IMG/VR virus record: IMGVR_UViG_3300035520_000763
Span: 7,032 to 71,031 of that record
Length of the DNA stretch: 64,000 bases
Origin: a virus
Lineage: Duplodnaviria; Heunggongvirae; Uroviricota; Caudoviricetes
Strand: one strand, 5' to 3'
Part shown: in pieces, positions 9,694 to 19,941 of the stretch
Numbering within the stretch: the stretch's first letter is position 1
Layout of the letters: every line of letters starts with the position of its first letter
Translations under genes and position numbers: made by a program
The notes under the pieces: model-generated
What the model saw: only the letters and a program-made list of their open reading frames with translations
What the model was told of the DNA's origin: nothing
Databases searched by the model: none

Positions 9694-10278
9694 TCATGGT
9701 ATTTTTTGATTATTAGTCGTTTTAACAATATCGCTTAATTGATTGATTTTATCTTCATCAAGATTACCAATTTCATCTGCCAACTTTTCAAGAATAGGAT
9801 TGATAGTTACATTCGCCAATTGTCCAAAACGTGTAATTTGATTGCTTATAAACGCTTGTGTAGAAAGTTCGTTAGCCATAATATCGTCAACACTCATATC
9901 TAATAATATCTTAAAATCAGACACTTCATTTTCAGGAATCATGCTCAAAATTTCCTTAACCAAACCGTTTTCTGCAAGTAAATCATATTCTGCCGCTGTA
10001 TTACTAAAATTAATATCAATATTTGTATACATATCAATAATGTTCAAAGTGAATAGGAGATAGCGAGCAACTGAATCAACTCTGATATTACCTGTTTCTT
10101 TTCCATCTTTGTTGTATTCATGAGTTGTTATTTTTGCTATACGTTTTGCTTTTGATAATTTTTCTGTAAATGCAATATATGTTTTTGTTTGTAAATTATC
10201 TTTTAAATAGGTCTTTTTTAAATTATCACTTACAGGCTTATTATATCCGTTAATAAAATCTTTTACCGTCATATTCAT
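9694..10278 (-). CDS. putative tail assembly chaperone
   Basis: 194 aa, lies between the tail tube and TMP genes. Confidence 0.5.
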   Translation of the reverse strand: MNMTVKDFINGYNKPVSDNLKKTYLKDNLQTKTYIAFTEKLSKAKRIAKITTHEYNKDGKETGNIRVDSVARYLLFTLNIIDMYTNIDINFSNTAAEYDLLAENGLVKEILSMIPENEVSDFKILLDMSVDDIMANELSTQAFISNQITRFGQLANVTINPILEKLADEIGNLDEDKINQLSDIVKTTNNQKIP

Positions 10279-10302
10279 TATTTTCCTTTCAATCCTAATA
10301 AT

Positions 10303-10530
10303 CTATATTTCTACATCGTAATTACACCATTTCTGATATAACTCTTTGGTTTCATTCTTTCTAAAAATCATTATAATTATTTTCCTGTCGTTCTTTCCAT
10401 CGTAACTTGTGTAAATGTCAATCGGATATACTTCATTTGACAGATAAAATAACTGCTGTTTTTGATTAACAATGCGTACTGATTCTGTCGAATTATATTC
10501 AATCTCAGCTAAGTTTGATTTAACATTCAT
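10303..10530 (-). CDS. small conserved phage protein (DUF5659-like)
   Basis: 75 aa, ending IFRKNETKELYQKW. Confidence 0.5.
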   Translation of the reverse strand: MNVKSNLAEIEYNSTESVRIVNQKQQLFYLSNEVYPIDIYTSYDGKNDRKIIIMIFRKNETKELYQKWCNYDVEI

Positions 10531-10646
10531 ACCTTCTCCTTTTATTCCTTATCATAATATTTAGAATTCTAAAAATCGTAAAAAATAGGGGAATACAAAA
10601 ATTGAATAGTCAATTCTTATATTCCCCTATATATTTATAAAAATCA

Positions 10647-11066
10647 CTATTCAACATCTTCAACAGTCTTCTTCTTAGACTTCCGATAATTCTTTGTCTT
10701 TATTTCTTCTTCAACATCATCTTCTGATTTCATAATGTTTTCCAAAGGTTCTTCAATAATTTTATTTTCTTCAATAACAGGTGTAATTACCACATTTTCT
10801 TCTGTCATAATTTTTGCAATAGAATTTTTGTAGCTTTCACCGAAGTTTTCAATATTAGATAAATTCAGTTTATCTAACTGTGCTTTTGCTTCATTTGCTG
10901 TTAATCTGCCGTCTTCAAAAGAAGATGTTATATTATATATATCCCGACATTTTTCTGAACAAAAACAAAATCTCCATGTCTCATTTGGATTATCTTCTTT
11001 ACAATGCGGACAATATGTATATTCATTAAAATCTACACAGCAACGTCTTAATTTACTATTAGCCAT
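10647..11066 (-). CDS. Cys-rich (Zn-binding) hypothetical protein
   Basis: CC..YTYCPHC..FCSEKC, with an acidic then Lys-rich tail. Confidence 0.65.
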   Translation of the reverse strand: MANSKLRRCCVDFNEYTYCPHCKEDNPNETWRFCFCSEKCRDIYNITSSFEDGRLTANEAKAQLDKLNLSNIENFGESYKNSIAKIMTEENVVITPVIEENKIIEEPLENIMKSEDDVEEEIKTKNYRKSKKKTVEDVE

Positions 11067-11132
11067 TCGTTTCCTCCTTAAAAATAGGGCAGTGTGTTAA
11101 GCACCACCCATAACTAATAATTCAGAATTGAA

Positions 11133-11972
11133 TTAGGCTACTTCCTCATCCTCATCAATAAAGTAAAGTTCAAATAATACTTTATTGGTAGAGCATGTAT
11201 CAAGCATGATTGCACCATTGAAATCCATATTCTGATTATCCCCGCCAGAAAGATTTAAAGTGAATTCTGGAGAAGGAATGAATGAAGGAATATAGATTAC
11301 GGCAGCCTTGAAGTTTTCCTTATCACAAGGATCTACAACAAGAGCTTTGAAATACAATTCATGAGAAGCTGGGAACTTGTCACCAGAGTTCACAATCTTA
11401 GCACCACTGTAAACAGTTTTCTTATACTTAACAATATACTGCACTTCATCTGAATCAATAGGTGGTATAAGTGTTGCACTGGCGGCTACATAACCCTCTT
11501 CTCCGGCAGTACCAGATTCCTCCACAGTTGTAATTGCATATTGAGTAGTAGTAGCAGCAGAACCAAGAGTATATTCTGCACCAATAGAACCTTTTGTGCT
11601 TAAAGCATTTACAACTACAGAGCCTTCTACATATCCTGTAATATCAAGTGTTTTACCTGCATCAACAGTTGTAATGATAGGCATTACAATACCATTATCC
11701 TTTGTTGCAATTTCTGCAGATGTAGCAGAGAGTGTCTCAATAACTGCAAGGTTAATAAATGCATTAGTACCATTTACTTCACCCTTTTTGCCTGAATATT
11801 TCCTATACACTAAGTTACCCTGTGCATCAGTAATATCTGTAGAATCAGCAGTAATTTCAATACTTGTGTCACTCAAATTTGTGAGTGCGTATAAAGGTGT
11901 ACCATTAGATTTTGCACCATAACCGAACTGTAAACGCTCGACTATGATATCTCCAAGTCTAAACGAAGCCAT
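11133..11972 (-). CDS. major tail (tube) protein
   Basis: 279 aa, beta-rich, Thr/Ala/Ser-rich, canonical position in the tail module. Confidence 0.7.
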   Translation of the reverse strand: MASFRLGDIIVERLQFGYGAKSNGTPLYALTNLSDTSIEITADSTDITDAQGNLVYRKYSGKKGEVNGTNAFINLAVIETLSATSAEIATKDNGIVMPIITTVDAGKTLDITGYVEGSVVVNALSTKGSIGAEYTLGSAATTTQYAITTVEESGTAGEEGYVAASATLIPPIDSDEVQYIVKYKKTVYSGAKIVNSGDKFPASHELYFKALVVDPCDKENFKAAVIYIPSFIPSPEFTLNLSGGDNQNMDFNGAIMLDTCSTNKVLFELYFIDEDEEVA

Positions 11973-12049
11973 ATTTTTTCCTCCTTATAATTTTGTTTTT
12001 TAATTTTTTTGCAATAAAAAAAGAACGGTTAAAACCGCTCTTAGTAACG

Positions 12050-12919
12050 TTAAGAAATATTCCTAAAGAAATTAAAATTTTCCTTATCAATTTTGCTGGT
12101 ATCACAAAATCCACTATATGAACCATCAAGCAAAGCTCTACTTGATTCATAAATTTGCAATCTTTGTACTGAGTCCATAAACTGATAAATTCCAACCTCT
12201 TTTAGTTCTTTTAATTTGTATTTAAATCCTGGATGATTAACACAAGTAGAAATTAATGGGAGAAGAGTAGAATTATCTGAATCTTTTTTCTGAGATAAAT
12301 TCATCCTATCTTCCTGTATCATCCAGCTTTTTGCTGTTTTCCCTTTTGCTTTTTCCACTTTTGGATGTATATTCATCATTGTACGAATATACTCAGCTAT
12401 TACCATATAATCATCTTCTGATATAAGTAAATTTTGACTTGCACTGAACAAACATAATCTCTGTTCATCATTATTCTCAGAAATATTTTCAAATGATCCG
12501 ATTGCGCGTAAAAGAGCGTTAAGGTTTAATAATTTAAAATCATCAAATTGAATATTTTTAAATAAAAGTTTTAATGGGTCTTTTTCGACAGTTGGAATGA
12601 GCATTGAAAACACTTCAATATCCTTAATCTTGCACCAATCTATTTTATTTTCCCAAAGGAATAATCGAATCGAAGTAGAGTTATAAAGAAAAGGAGAGAG
12701 AGCACGATAAAAATTTTCTTCACCGATTTCAAGAATGTCACCGATTGTAGGCATTGATATTTTAATATTAGGTACAACCTCGTAATCTTCACCAAAGTAC
12801 ATTTTCAACTTGTCAAAATGATACTCTTTTTTTTCGGATTTTTGTTTTGATTTATTTGTATCCTCGATAATTGCATTTTGCAATATATCAAGAGCTTCAA
12901 CATTACTGTTATTTTCCAA
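12050..12919 (-). CDS. conserved virion morphogenesis protein
   Basis: 289-aa ORF in the structural operon. Confidence 0.55.
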   Translation of the reverse strand: MENNSNVEALDILQNAIIEDTNKSKQKSEKKEYHFDKLKMYFGEDYEVVPNIKISMPTIGDILEIGEENFYRALSPFLYNSTSIRLFLWENKIDWCKIKDIEVFSMLIPTVEKDPLKLLFKNIQFDDFKLLNLNALLRAIGSFENISENNDEQRLCLFSASQNLLISEDDYMVIAEYIRTMMNIHPKVEKAKGKTAKSWMIQEDRMNLSQKKDSDNSTLLPLISTCVNHPGFKYKLKELKEVGIYQFMDSVQRLQIYESSRALLDGSYSGFCDTSKIDKENFNFFRNIS

Positions 12920-12933
12920 TCAAAACCACCATC

Positions 12934-13572
12934 CTACTTACGCAATTTATAATTTGCGCTTATGTTTGTTTTCCCATTGTAAGGTGTGTTTACTAGACCA
13001 TTTAAATCAACGATTTGGAAAATGAGAGTACGCATAATGTAATCATTATCAGTTGTAGATCCTTTAGAAGAAACGAGTTTTGCTTGCATACCAAAAATAT
13101 TAGACCAATTAAACCTTTCTCGCAAAATAGAAGCTATTAAGTCATGTCTTGGAATGCCAGTTCTTATGTCTATAGCATCTTCATCTTTTACAAAAATCAT
13201 AAAAGTTATTTCTGTATATTTTTGAATATTATTATTCCTAGGCAATTCATCAAAACCCACTTCATAACATATATAACTGTTTACTTTCGTTTTCGTTTCC
13301 GGAAATGATAAGAATGGTCTGATATTTGCAGATTCTCCGAAATACCTATCCCATTCACCTAAAGGATTTTGATTTTCATCCCAATTGATATTTCCATCAT
13401 CATCAAACAATTCAGATTCTAAATCTTGTTCATGCAAAGCATATAATAGTTCTGGACACTTCAATAAAGCATTTTTGATAATGTCCTTGTATTTAATATT
13501 GTCATCATCAGGAGTAGAAGCGTAAGCACGAAGCTTATTTAATAAATCATCTTTCGTTACAATATCTGGCAT
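12934..13572 (-). CDS. putative tail terminator/neck protein
   Basis: 212 aa; RIxPF-like ANIRPF...YEVGFDE...ITFMIFV...RHDLIASILRERF pattern; position. Confidence 0.5.
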   Translation of the reverse strand: MPDIVTKDDLLNKLRAYASTPDDDNIKYKDIIKNALLKCPELLYALHEQDLESELFDDDGNINWDENQNPLGEWDRYFGESANIRPFLSFPETKTKVNSYICYEVGFDELPRNNNIQKYTEITFMIFVKDEDAIDIRTGIPRHDLIASILRERFNWSNIFGMQAKLVSSKGSTTDNDYIMRTLIFQIVDLNGLVNTPYNGKTNISANYKLRK

Positions 13573-13583
13573 AATTCACCTCC

Positions 13584-14834
13584 TTAGACGACTAGCTCAA
13601 ATTGAGCAGTTGTTTCAATTGCTTCTGTTGCTGTGCATACAACACACTTTATATCCAATGTCTTTCCGAGATAACTTCTATCATCGGTAAATTTCAATTT
13701 TATCTGATTAAACGTAGAAGTGTTTAACCAAGTTACTGCATCTGTCAAATCCTCATCGCCTACACTGCAAGTCCACTTGAAATCAGCAGAAGAGTAGTTA
13801 TCCGTGATTTCAGTATCGGAATCATTGTAGATTTTTGCAGTGAGAGTTTTGTAACTTCCGGCAATTTTGATTGTGGATGTTGCGGCGGTGATTTTAGAAT
13901 AGTTGATTGTGGTAGGAGCTATGTCAGATGGGTCAGTTGGAGTGAGAGAGGAATCTGTTTCATAATAATCAGCGTACATTGCCGTGATATTACCGTCAGA
14001 ATCTCTTTCGATGTAATCTGTGTGATCGTTCCAAAATGTCTGGTACAAAGTGAGTTTCTGTAAACCAATTGGTTTAGTATTCTCAATTTTTGTCACTGAC
14101 CATATAGTAGGATTGTCAGTTTTTGCGCTTACAACCAATCGAATTGTTTTATTGGTATCTGAGTTATACCAGAATTTTGCAGTGATTGGATTTAGTGGGA
14201 ACCATATCTTATCCTGGTTATCAGGATGTGTAAAATATCGGTCGGTATACTGTCCGATCGTGTAGGAGTTCTGATTCCTGGTGATTCCCCACATTTTTCG
14301 TAAGATTCTTTCTTGTCCATTTCGTTCTACCCAAGTTAAATAATAATCAACCGGTAAAACAAGATATTTAACAAATTGATTTGCTATTTCTTTGTCACAA
14401 ATTATCCACTTATGATAAACTCCTGTATCATCTGGAATATCACAGTACATTCCAATTGGGAAAGCTACATCATAGCGATTGTGATAATCAGTTTCAAAAT
14501 AATAAAGTTCATCATTTTCATTAAAGCTTAATTTCTGCGATGGACGAAATTGCAAGTAATATTCTACTTGATCTTTATCTAAAGAACGATAGCTTTTAAT
14601 TATAAATTTTGCATCAATGCGAGTTTTTGTGGTATGCTCGTATGTCATATGATCTTTGAGTGATGGTTGGTCATCGTGATAATAATCGTAGATATAGCAA
14701 ACACGACTCTGCGGGTCATTCCAAAAAGTTTCTTCCATCACAAAATCACTATTTTCTTTATGGATCTGACCAATTGTTTTTGCACCATTATTCTTAGCGG
14801 CAGAAATTTGCCTCGCAGTATTTAAACTAGGCAT
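13584..14834 (-). CDS. putative head-closure/neck protein with C-terminal Ig-like domain
   Basis: Likely start MPSLNT (SD GGAGG); beta-rich C-terminal ~110 aa. Confidence 0.5.
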   Translation of the reverse strand: MPSLNTARQISAAKNNGAKTIGQIHKENSDFVMEETFWNDPQSRVCYIYDYYHDDQPSLKDHMTYEHTTKTRIDAKFIIKSYRSLDKDQVEYYLQFRPSQKLSFNENDELYYFETDYHNRYDVAFPIGMYCDIPDDTGVYHKWIICDKEIANQFVKYLVLPVDYYLTWVERNGQERILRKMWGITRNQNSYTIGQYTDRYFTHPDNQDKIWFPLNPITAKFWYNSDTNKTIRLVVSAKTDNPTIWSVTKIENTKPIGLQKLTLYQTFWNDHTDYIERDSDGNITAMYADYYETDSSLTPTDPSDIAPTTINYSKITAATSTIKIAGSYKTLTAKIYNDSDTEITDNYSSADFKWTCSVGDEDLTDAVTWLNTSTFNQIKLKFTDDRSYLGKTLDIKCVVCTATEAIETTAQFELVV

Positions 14835-15177
14835 CAATATCCACCTCCTCAAACATTTGCTTAACATATCCATGTGCGTCTAAAATCAATCTTCTAAATA
14901 CAGGATAGTTAAACGGTTTATGACGAACTTCATCATAGGCTGCTTGAAGTGTAGACATAAGTGATACCATATGAACCGGCTCACCCAATAACTCATTAAA
15001 CCCACCATATCTATATAACAAGTTATTGAAATATCTTAAATAATCATCTTCTGAACTAAATAATTGTTCAGTAATTCTTTTATCTTTATGAAGTAGTAAT
15101 TTATGTATTTCAGAGTGCATAATTTCAGCATTGAGTTCAATTTGATTGTCAGAGAATTCACCATATAAATATTCCAT
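14827..15177 (-). CDS. virion morphogenesis hypothetical protein
   Basis: 116 aa, overlaps the next gene. Confidence 0.55.
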   Translation of the reverse strand: MEYLYGEFSDNQIELNAEIMHSEIHKLLLHKDKRITEQLFSSEDDYLRYFNNLLYRYGGFNELLGEPVHMVSLMSTLQAAYDEVRHKPFNYPVFRRLILDAHGYVKQMFEEVDIDA

Positions 15178-15180
15178 AGT

Positions 15181-15630
15181 TTAATCTCCATTAATATAAG
15201 AGTTATACATGTAACCGTAATCTCTAATCTTTTTATTTAACTCAGTTTTCATGCTATCAAGACGGTTAATCATATTACTATGACCATCCAAAATTTTTTT
15301 CTCTTCCTTACCGCCTATCATTGGAGCAGTATATAATACTGAATCTACTCTTGGCTGTAACCATTCAATTACCATACCAAGCGTAAAAATGTCAGTTACA
15401 AATTCATCATCTGAAAATTCATCGACTGAATTATTTAACTCATATGTAATCTGCATTATTTCATCATCCAATGTGATAGAAGAAAAGAGTCTGCGTACTC
15501 TTGGATTGCCGATAACCATATGCAATCTTTCTACATAAATTTCATTTAATACATTTTCATCTAAAGACAATTCTTTTGGGTCGTCTATTTTTCCACGAAC
15601 CCGACTAAATATTGTTTCATAGGAGAGCAT
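15181..15630 (-). CDS. putative head-tail adaptor
   Basis: 149 aa, helical, follows the capsid cluster. Confidence 0.5.
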   Translation of the reverse strand: MLSYETIFSRVRGKIDDPKELSLDENVLNEIYVERLHMVIGNPRVRRLFSSITLDDEIMQITYELNNSVDEFSDDEFVTDIFTLGMVIEWLQPRVDSVLYTAPMIGGKEEKKILDGHSNMINRLDSMKTELNKKIRDYGYMYNSYINGD

Positions 15631-15643
15631 AGTAAGCCTCCTT

Positions 15644-16216
15644 CTACTTTACAAATAATTCACTTAGTAAATTAAAGTCAGAATCAAAAATTTCACTCAA
15701 AGCTCTTACCTTAGAAATACTATCCAAACGTCCAGATGCAATTTCTGTTGCAATCATTTTGCATAGAACGTTTTGTGTTGCAGCAGGAAGTTTTGCAATT
15801 TCAGTTTTCATACGAGATATTGGAAGAGATAAAATTTCCAATAAATCTTCATTAGTGTACATAGATTCATATACACGCTTTACCGATGGGAAATCCTCTA
15901 ACAAATCATCGTCCAAAATCACAAATCTTGGTAAGAAAATATGGTCTGAACCTTTTCTGATAAGTGACACTAAATCTCTATAATTGATTTCACATTCTTT
16001 ACCGTAATCTTTAAACTCATATGAATTACCAGATTTACAAGTAACATTTAATCCACCAACGCAAACAGACTGACATAAAATATAATCAGAATCAGTAAAT
16101 TCTTTCTTTACTTTTTTTTCTTCAACTTGTTTTGAAGTAGTTTCTATCACTTCATCAGTCTTATTTTCCGCAACTTCATCTACTTGCTTAGTGGCGGTTT
16201 TCTTTGTATAAGCCAT
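15644..16216 (-). CDS. hypothetical protein (post-capsid gene)
   Basis: Likely start MAYTKK (SD GGAAAG). Confidence 0.6.
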   Translation of the reverse strand: MAYTKKTATKQVDEVAENKTDEVIETTSKQVEEKKVKKEFTDSDYILCQSVCVGGLNVTCKSGNSYEFKDYGKECEINYRDLVSLIRKGSDHIFLPRFVILDDDLLEDFPSVKRVYESMYTNEDLLEILSLPISRMKTEIAKLPAATQNVLCKMIATEIASGRLDSISKVRALSEIFDSDFNLLSELFVK

Positions 16217-16288
16217 AATAATTTTCCTTTCTTTTCCATACAAAATAGGAGAGTACAAAAGCACTCCCCTAAATATAGTTTAATTAAA

Positions 16289-17401
16289 TTAATCTTCAGT
16301 AATAACCCATTCTCCGAAGTACCGACCGAGACGAGTAGCAACACCAAACTCTCTCTGAACTTCATATTTCATAAGGTCAGCGATATTGCTGTTAGCTTCA
16401 CCTCTGTCAGTAATTTCCTCAATAAGAGTTTCACCAACATCAACCATATCAACGAGTTTATTGTCACCTGCTGCAAATATCCAAAGAGTATCATCCCTAT
16501 ACATATCTTTTGTTACATTGTTCTTTGCAAAACGCTGTGGAATTTCAATAAGCTGATAACGACCATAATTACCAAGTCTACCAAGAGAAGCTACAGACTC
16601 CTTCTGAGAATCAGCAATCCAATCAACATTAACGAGATTTTCAAGTTCCTGAAGACCTACCATAGTACCCATAATAACAACATCAGCGTTATCATTTGCT
16701 ACAGATACATTCTGAAGAACCTTGTTAAATTTCTTACGGTTTACCGTATTCAGCGCACCGGTTTCAACAAAGCCAGTCTGAACAGGAAGTTTCTTAGGTG
16801 CTTCGTAAAGTTCAGCAAGAACAAGTTCCTGTGTCTTTTCTGTAAATGCCGTAGTAATTGCATCAATAAGCTTTGTCCAGTCTTCCTGACCGATTAAATA
16901 TAAATCAATATCACCACCAACAGCAGCACCATAAAGGTCTGTTTCAATAGAATAAGTCTTGCCTTCTGGCAATCTCTGGAGCATTGTATCATGGTGTCTC
17001 TTACCCATTCTTGCAACAGAAAGAATTACATCATCTGCTTCATTTACAAAAAGATTTTCCTGACCTTCTTTAAGATTCTTGTAATTAACAAGTGCATTAA
17101 ACCACTCATTCTCTTTAAGACCAGTAGTAACAGTCCAATCAACAACTTCCTCAATTACATCGAACCACTGACGACCATAATCTCTGTATGCACGTTTACG
17201 ATCTCTTAATGAGGAATCTTTTGTAATACCAAAGATTTTACGTGACATTTCTCTAAGAGTTTCTTCAGCTTCCTTCTTAGTAATTCCTTCTTCAAGGTCA
17301 TTCTTATATAAGTCAAACATTAAATTCTTAACTTCATCATATGTAGTTTTCATTTCTGCAAAAATACCAAGTGTTCTTGTATCAAAATTCATCTTACTCA
17401 T
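16289..17401 (-). CDS. major capsid protein
   Basis: 370 aa, follows the protease and decoration genes; HK97-fold-like organisation. Confidence 0.8.
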   Translation of the reverse strand: MSKMNFDTRTLGIFAEMKTTYDEVKNLMFDLYKNDLEEGITKKEAEETLREMSRKIFGITKDSSLRDRKRAYRDYGRQWFDVIEEVVDWTVTTGLKENEWFNALVNYKNLKEGQENLFVNEADDVILSVARMGKRHHDTMLQRLPEGKTYSIETDLYGAAVGGDIDLYLIGQEDWTKLIDAITTAFTEKTQELVLAELYEAPKKLPVQTGFVETGALNTVNRKKFNKVLQNVSVANDNADVVIMGTMVGLQELENLVNVDWIADSQKESVASLGRLGNYGRYQLIEIPQRFAKNNVTKDMYRDDTLWIFAAGDNKLVDMVDVGETLIEEITDRGEANSNIADLMKYEVQREFGVATRLGRYFGEWVITED

Positions 17402-17427
17402 TATTCTCTAATCCTCCTTTCTAATTA

Positions 17428-17910
17428 TTAGGCAACAACGTGCTTCTGACCGCTGATAGTTACCTTTGCACCAGCTTTAGGTGTACCTTCAAATGCGTTT
17501 TCACTAAGTTCGTAAACATCAGTTACAGTAAGAAGTAAGCCTCTAACAGTTTTTGTTCTGTCTGCACTTGCTTCATTAAAGAAGTTCTTTTTAGCTGTAA
17601 ACTTTGCATTGTAGTCTTCAGCAATTTCAGGAACTTCATAAATAAGAATTGCTGGTTCATTAGGGTCAATCTTCTTAACCTCTACATACCAGTTTCCATC
17701 AGCAGCTTGCTCGGTAATTTCTCCCTCAAAAGCAGATGGTGCGGCAGCTACCTTATACTGATCGAAACTTACATAATCACCTTTACCAACAACAGTACCG
17801 TTGTCTGTGTCTTCACTAATTACCATGTTTAATGTTCTACCAACACGTTCAGAGAGGACTTTGGTAGGATAAGCATAGTTGTGTTCTTCTACGGAATATC
17901 TAATTGCCAT
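17428..17910 (-). CDS. head decoration/cement protein
   Basis: 160 aa between scaffold and capsid, as in SPbeta-like phages. Confidence 0.6.
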   Translation of the reverse strand: MAIRYSVEEHNYAYPTKVLSERVGRTLNMVISEDTDNGTVVGKGDYVSFDQYKVAAAPSAFEGEITEQAADGNWYVEVKKIDPNEPAILIYEVPEIAEDYNAKFTAKKNFFNEASADRTKTVRGLLLTVTDVYELSENAFEGTPKAGAKVTISGQKHVVA

Positions 17911-18004
17911 AGTGTTTTTCCTCCTTTATTTTTAAAATTTTGGCATAATAAAAAGCCGTACAGTTTTGCACGACTTCAAATAATAATTGTTACATTTTCT
18001 TTAT

Positions 18005-19672
18005 TTAATTCTTGTTAAATAAGTTTCCATAACGACTAGGTTTCTTCTTTGTATTATTTGGATTTGCAAACAGTTTTACAGAAACTGTCTTTCTCTCTTC
18101 TGTCTCTGTAGTAGCAGAGAATTTACCGCCGTTAAGAGCATATTCACCAAGAAGAATCTTAGCTTCTTTCTCTAAATCTTCAACAGAGTATTCGTCCATC
18201 TTGGAATATAATTCTGCATAAGAAGCATTTTTAAATTTACCTTCTTTATCTTTTTCAGCGAGTACAGAATAATCTTTCTTAGAAAGAACTGCTTCACGCT
18301 GAGAGTGAAGTTCTTTCTGCTCTGTGTTAGATTTGAATTCTACGAGAGAAGCGTAGTTGGAACGCATTTCTTTAAGAGATTCCTGTTCCTCTGCGGTTAC
18401 AAATTCAGCAAATACTTCAACTCTGTCACCTGTAAGAGAAAATACATCATCTTCCTCTTTATAAGTTTGTTTGAAATACTTGCCATTCCAATAATCTTCC
18501 ATAATGACATACTTTTCATATACAGTAACGCCATAGTATGTATTGTCAGCCTCGCCATATTGGGTATTTACTAGCTGCGAGATAGCCCATATCTTTTCAT
18601 CCAGAGAAATTTCAAAACATTTATCTCCATGCTGAATAGATACAGAATAATTTCCCTCTGACTCTGTTGGAGTTTCCCCTGTTTCAGGTTCTTCTTGATT
18701 TTCTGTCGCTTCTGTTTCTTCTGACTCAGTAGTATCTTCAACAGTTTCTTCTTCGGAGGTTTCATCGACTGTTTCCTCAGATTCATTCTCTGTTACAGTT
18801 ACTTCCTCCTCAGTGGTTTCTTCTGTTTCAGTCACTTCCTCAGTATCAGCAACTTCCTCAAAATCTTTCTCCACGATTGTTCCTCCTTCCTTAATTTTGT
18901 CATTTATATCAAGACTTGAAAGAATAGTATTTAATTTCTCTAAAGCCTCAATTAACTTATCATTTTGATCATAATTTAATTGTTTATTGTCAATACTGAA
19001 ATCTTCTATTTTGAAATTTGAACCAGCCATACCTGGTTTTGTTTTTGCTGACAAAAGTGTTAAGCCTGATACATAAAAATCGTCTAAAACCAAAGTATTA
19101 TTTTTGCTATTAAAGCTCATAGATCTAATACAAAGTTCAATTGAGCAATCAACAGTGCCGCGCCTATTTAAAATATCAATTGCATCTTGGCAATATTCGT
19201 CATATAAATAGCCATGTAGAACAGCTCTATTTACTTCGGCTTCTTCATCATATTCAATAGATGTTTTTGTACCATCAATAACACCAATAGGCTGTTCTTG
19301 ATAAATCATTTTATCTTCGCCATTTTCATCTGTTTCAATGAAATAATCATGGGAACCAAAATCTAATTCGCCGGTTTCTTCATCTTTCTTAATGTGTGCT
19401 AATATAGGACGCAAATGAGATGATGGAACATTTTCTTTAAAAGATTCTTCTTCAATTTCAGATTTGTTCAAGTTGACATGATCGTGAAAAGCACGGCTTA
19501 TAAATGGTGTGAGTCCTTCAGTTAAGCGGTCAGCAGATTTATCTTTCTTTTCAAAGTTTCCTAACATTTGAACTACAAGTTCTTTTCCATATTCAGAACT
19601 ATTAAAATGAGTATAATTATTCTTTTTGCAGAAATTGTATAGTTTATCAATGGTCATAATTCTTTTTGACAT
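18005..19672 (-). CDS. prohead protease-scaffold fusion
   Basis: N-terminal HDHVNLN...GTVDCSIEL...GLTLL protease-like domain, long Glu/Thr-rich linker, helical C-terminus. Confidence 0.7.
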   Translation of the reverse strand: MSKRIMTIDKLYNFCKKNNYTHFNSSEYGKELVVQMLGNFEKKDKSADRLTEGLTPFISRAFHDHVNLNKSEIEEESFKENVPSSHLRPILAHIKKDEETGELDFGSHDYFIETDENGEDKMIYQEQPIGVIDGTKTSIEYDEEAEVNRAVLHGYLYDEYCQDAIDILNRRGTVDCSIELCIRSMSFNSKNNTLVLDDFYVSGLTLLSAKTKPGMAGSNFKIEDFSIDNKQLNYDQNDKLIEALEKLNTILSSLDINDKIKEGGTIVEKDFEEVADTEEVTETEETTEEEVTVTENESEETVDETSEEETVEDTTESEETEATENQEEPETGETPTESEGNYSVSIQHGDKCFEISLDEKIWAISQLVNTQYGEADNTYYGVTVYEKYVIMEDYWNGKYFKQTYKEEDDVFSLTGDRVEVFAEFVTAEEQESLKEMRSNYASLVEFKSNTEQKELHSQREAVLSKKDYSVLAEKDKEGKFKNASYAELYSKMDEYSVEDLEKEAKILLGEYALNGGKFSATTETEERKTVSVKLFANPNNTKKKPSRYGNLFNKN

Positions 19673-19750
19673 TCTTTAGCCTTACCTCCTTTCTTAAATA
19701 ATCTGCTTAAAAAATAAGCATAATAAAAACCACTCAGAATAGGAGAGTGG

Positions 19751-19930
19751 CTAAATACATAACATATTACTATATTGTATCTTTGATTTATCTATATCAT
19801 CTGAAAACTGTAGCTTGTCAGTATTCAGAAATGTAGCATAACCATCAGAATTATCTACTTGCTGAAAGCCTAATTTTAGGAGTTCGATAGCAGTAGACAC
19901 ATCATTAGTTTTTATAAAATTTTGTTTCAT
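19751..19930 (-). CDS. 59-aa hypothetical protein
   Basis: MKQNFIKTNDVSTAIELLKLGFQQV...; SD GGAG; below the ORF-track cutoff. Confidence 0.65.
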   Translation of the reverse strand: MKQNFIKTNDVSTAIELLKLGFQQVDNSDGYATFLNTDKLQFSDDIDKSKIQYSNMLCI

Positions 19931-19941
19931 CCTATCACTCC

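Noticed and set aside
9694-10278. Programmed frameshift in the tail chaperone (lambda G/GT type)
   Set aside because: No overlapping downstream frame extending toward the TMP gene; unrelated genes follow
18600-18900. GAA/ACA-rich low-complexity tract as a DNA repeat element
   Set aside because: It simply encodes the Glu/Thr-rich linker of the protease-scaffold protein
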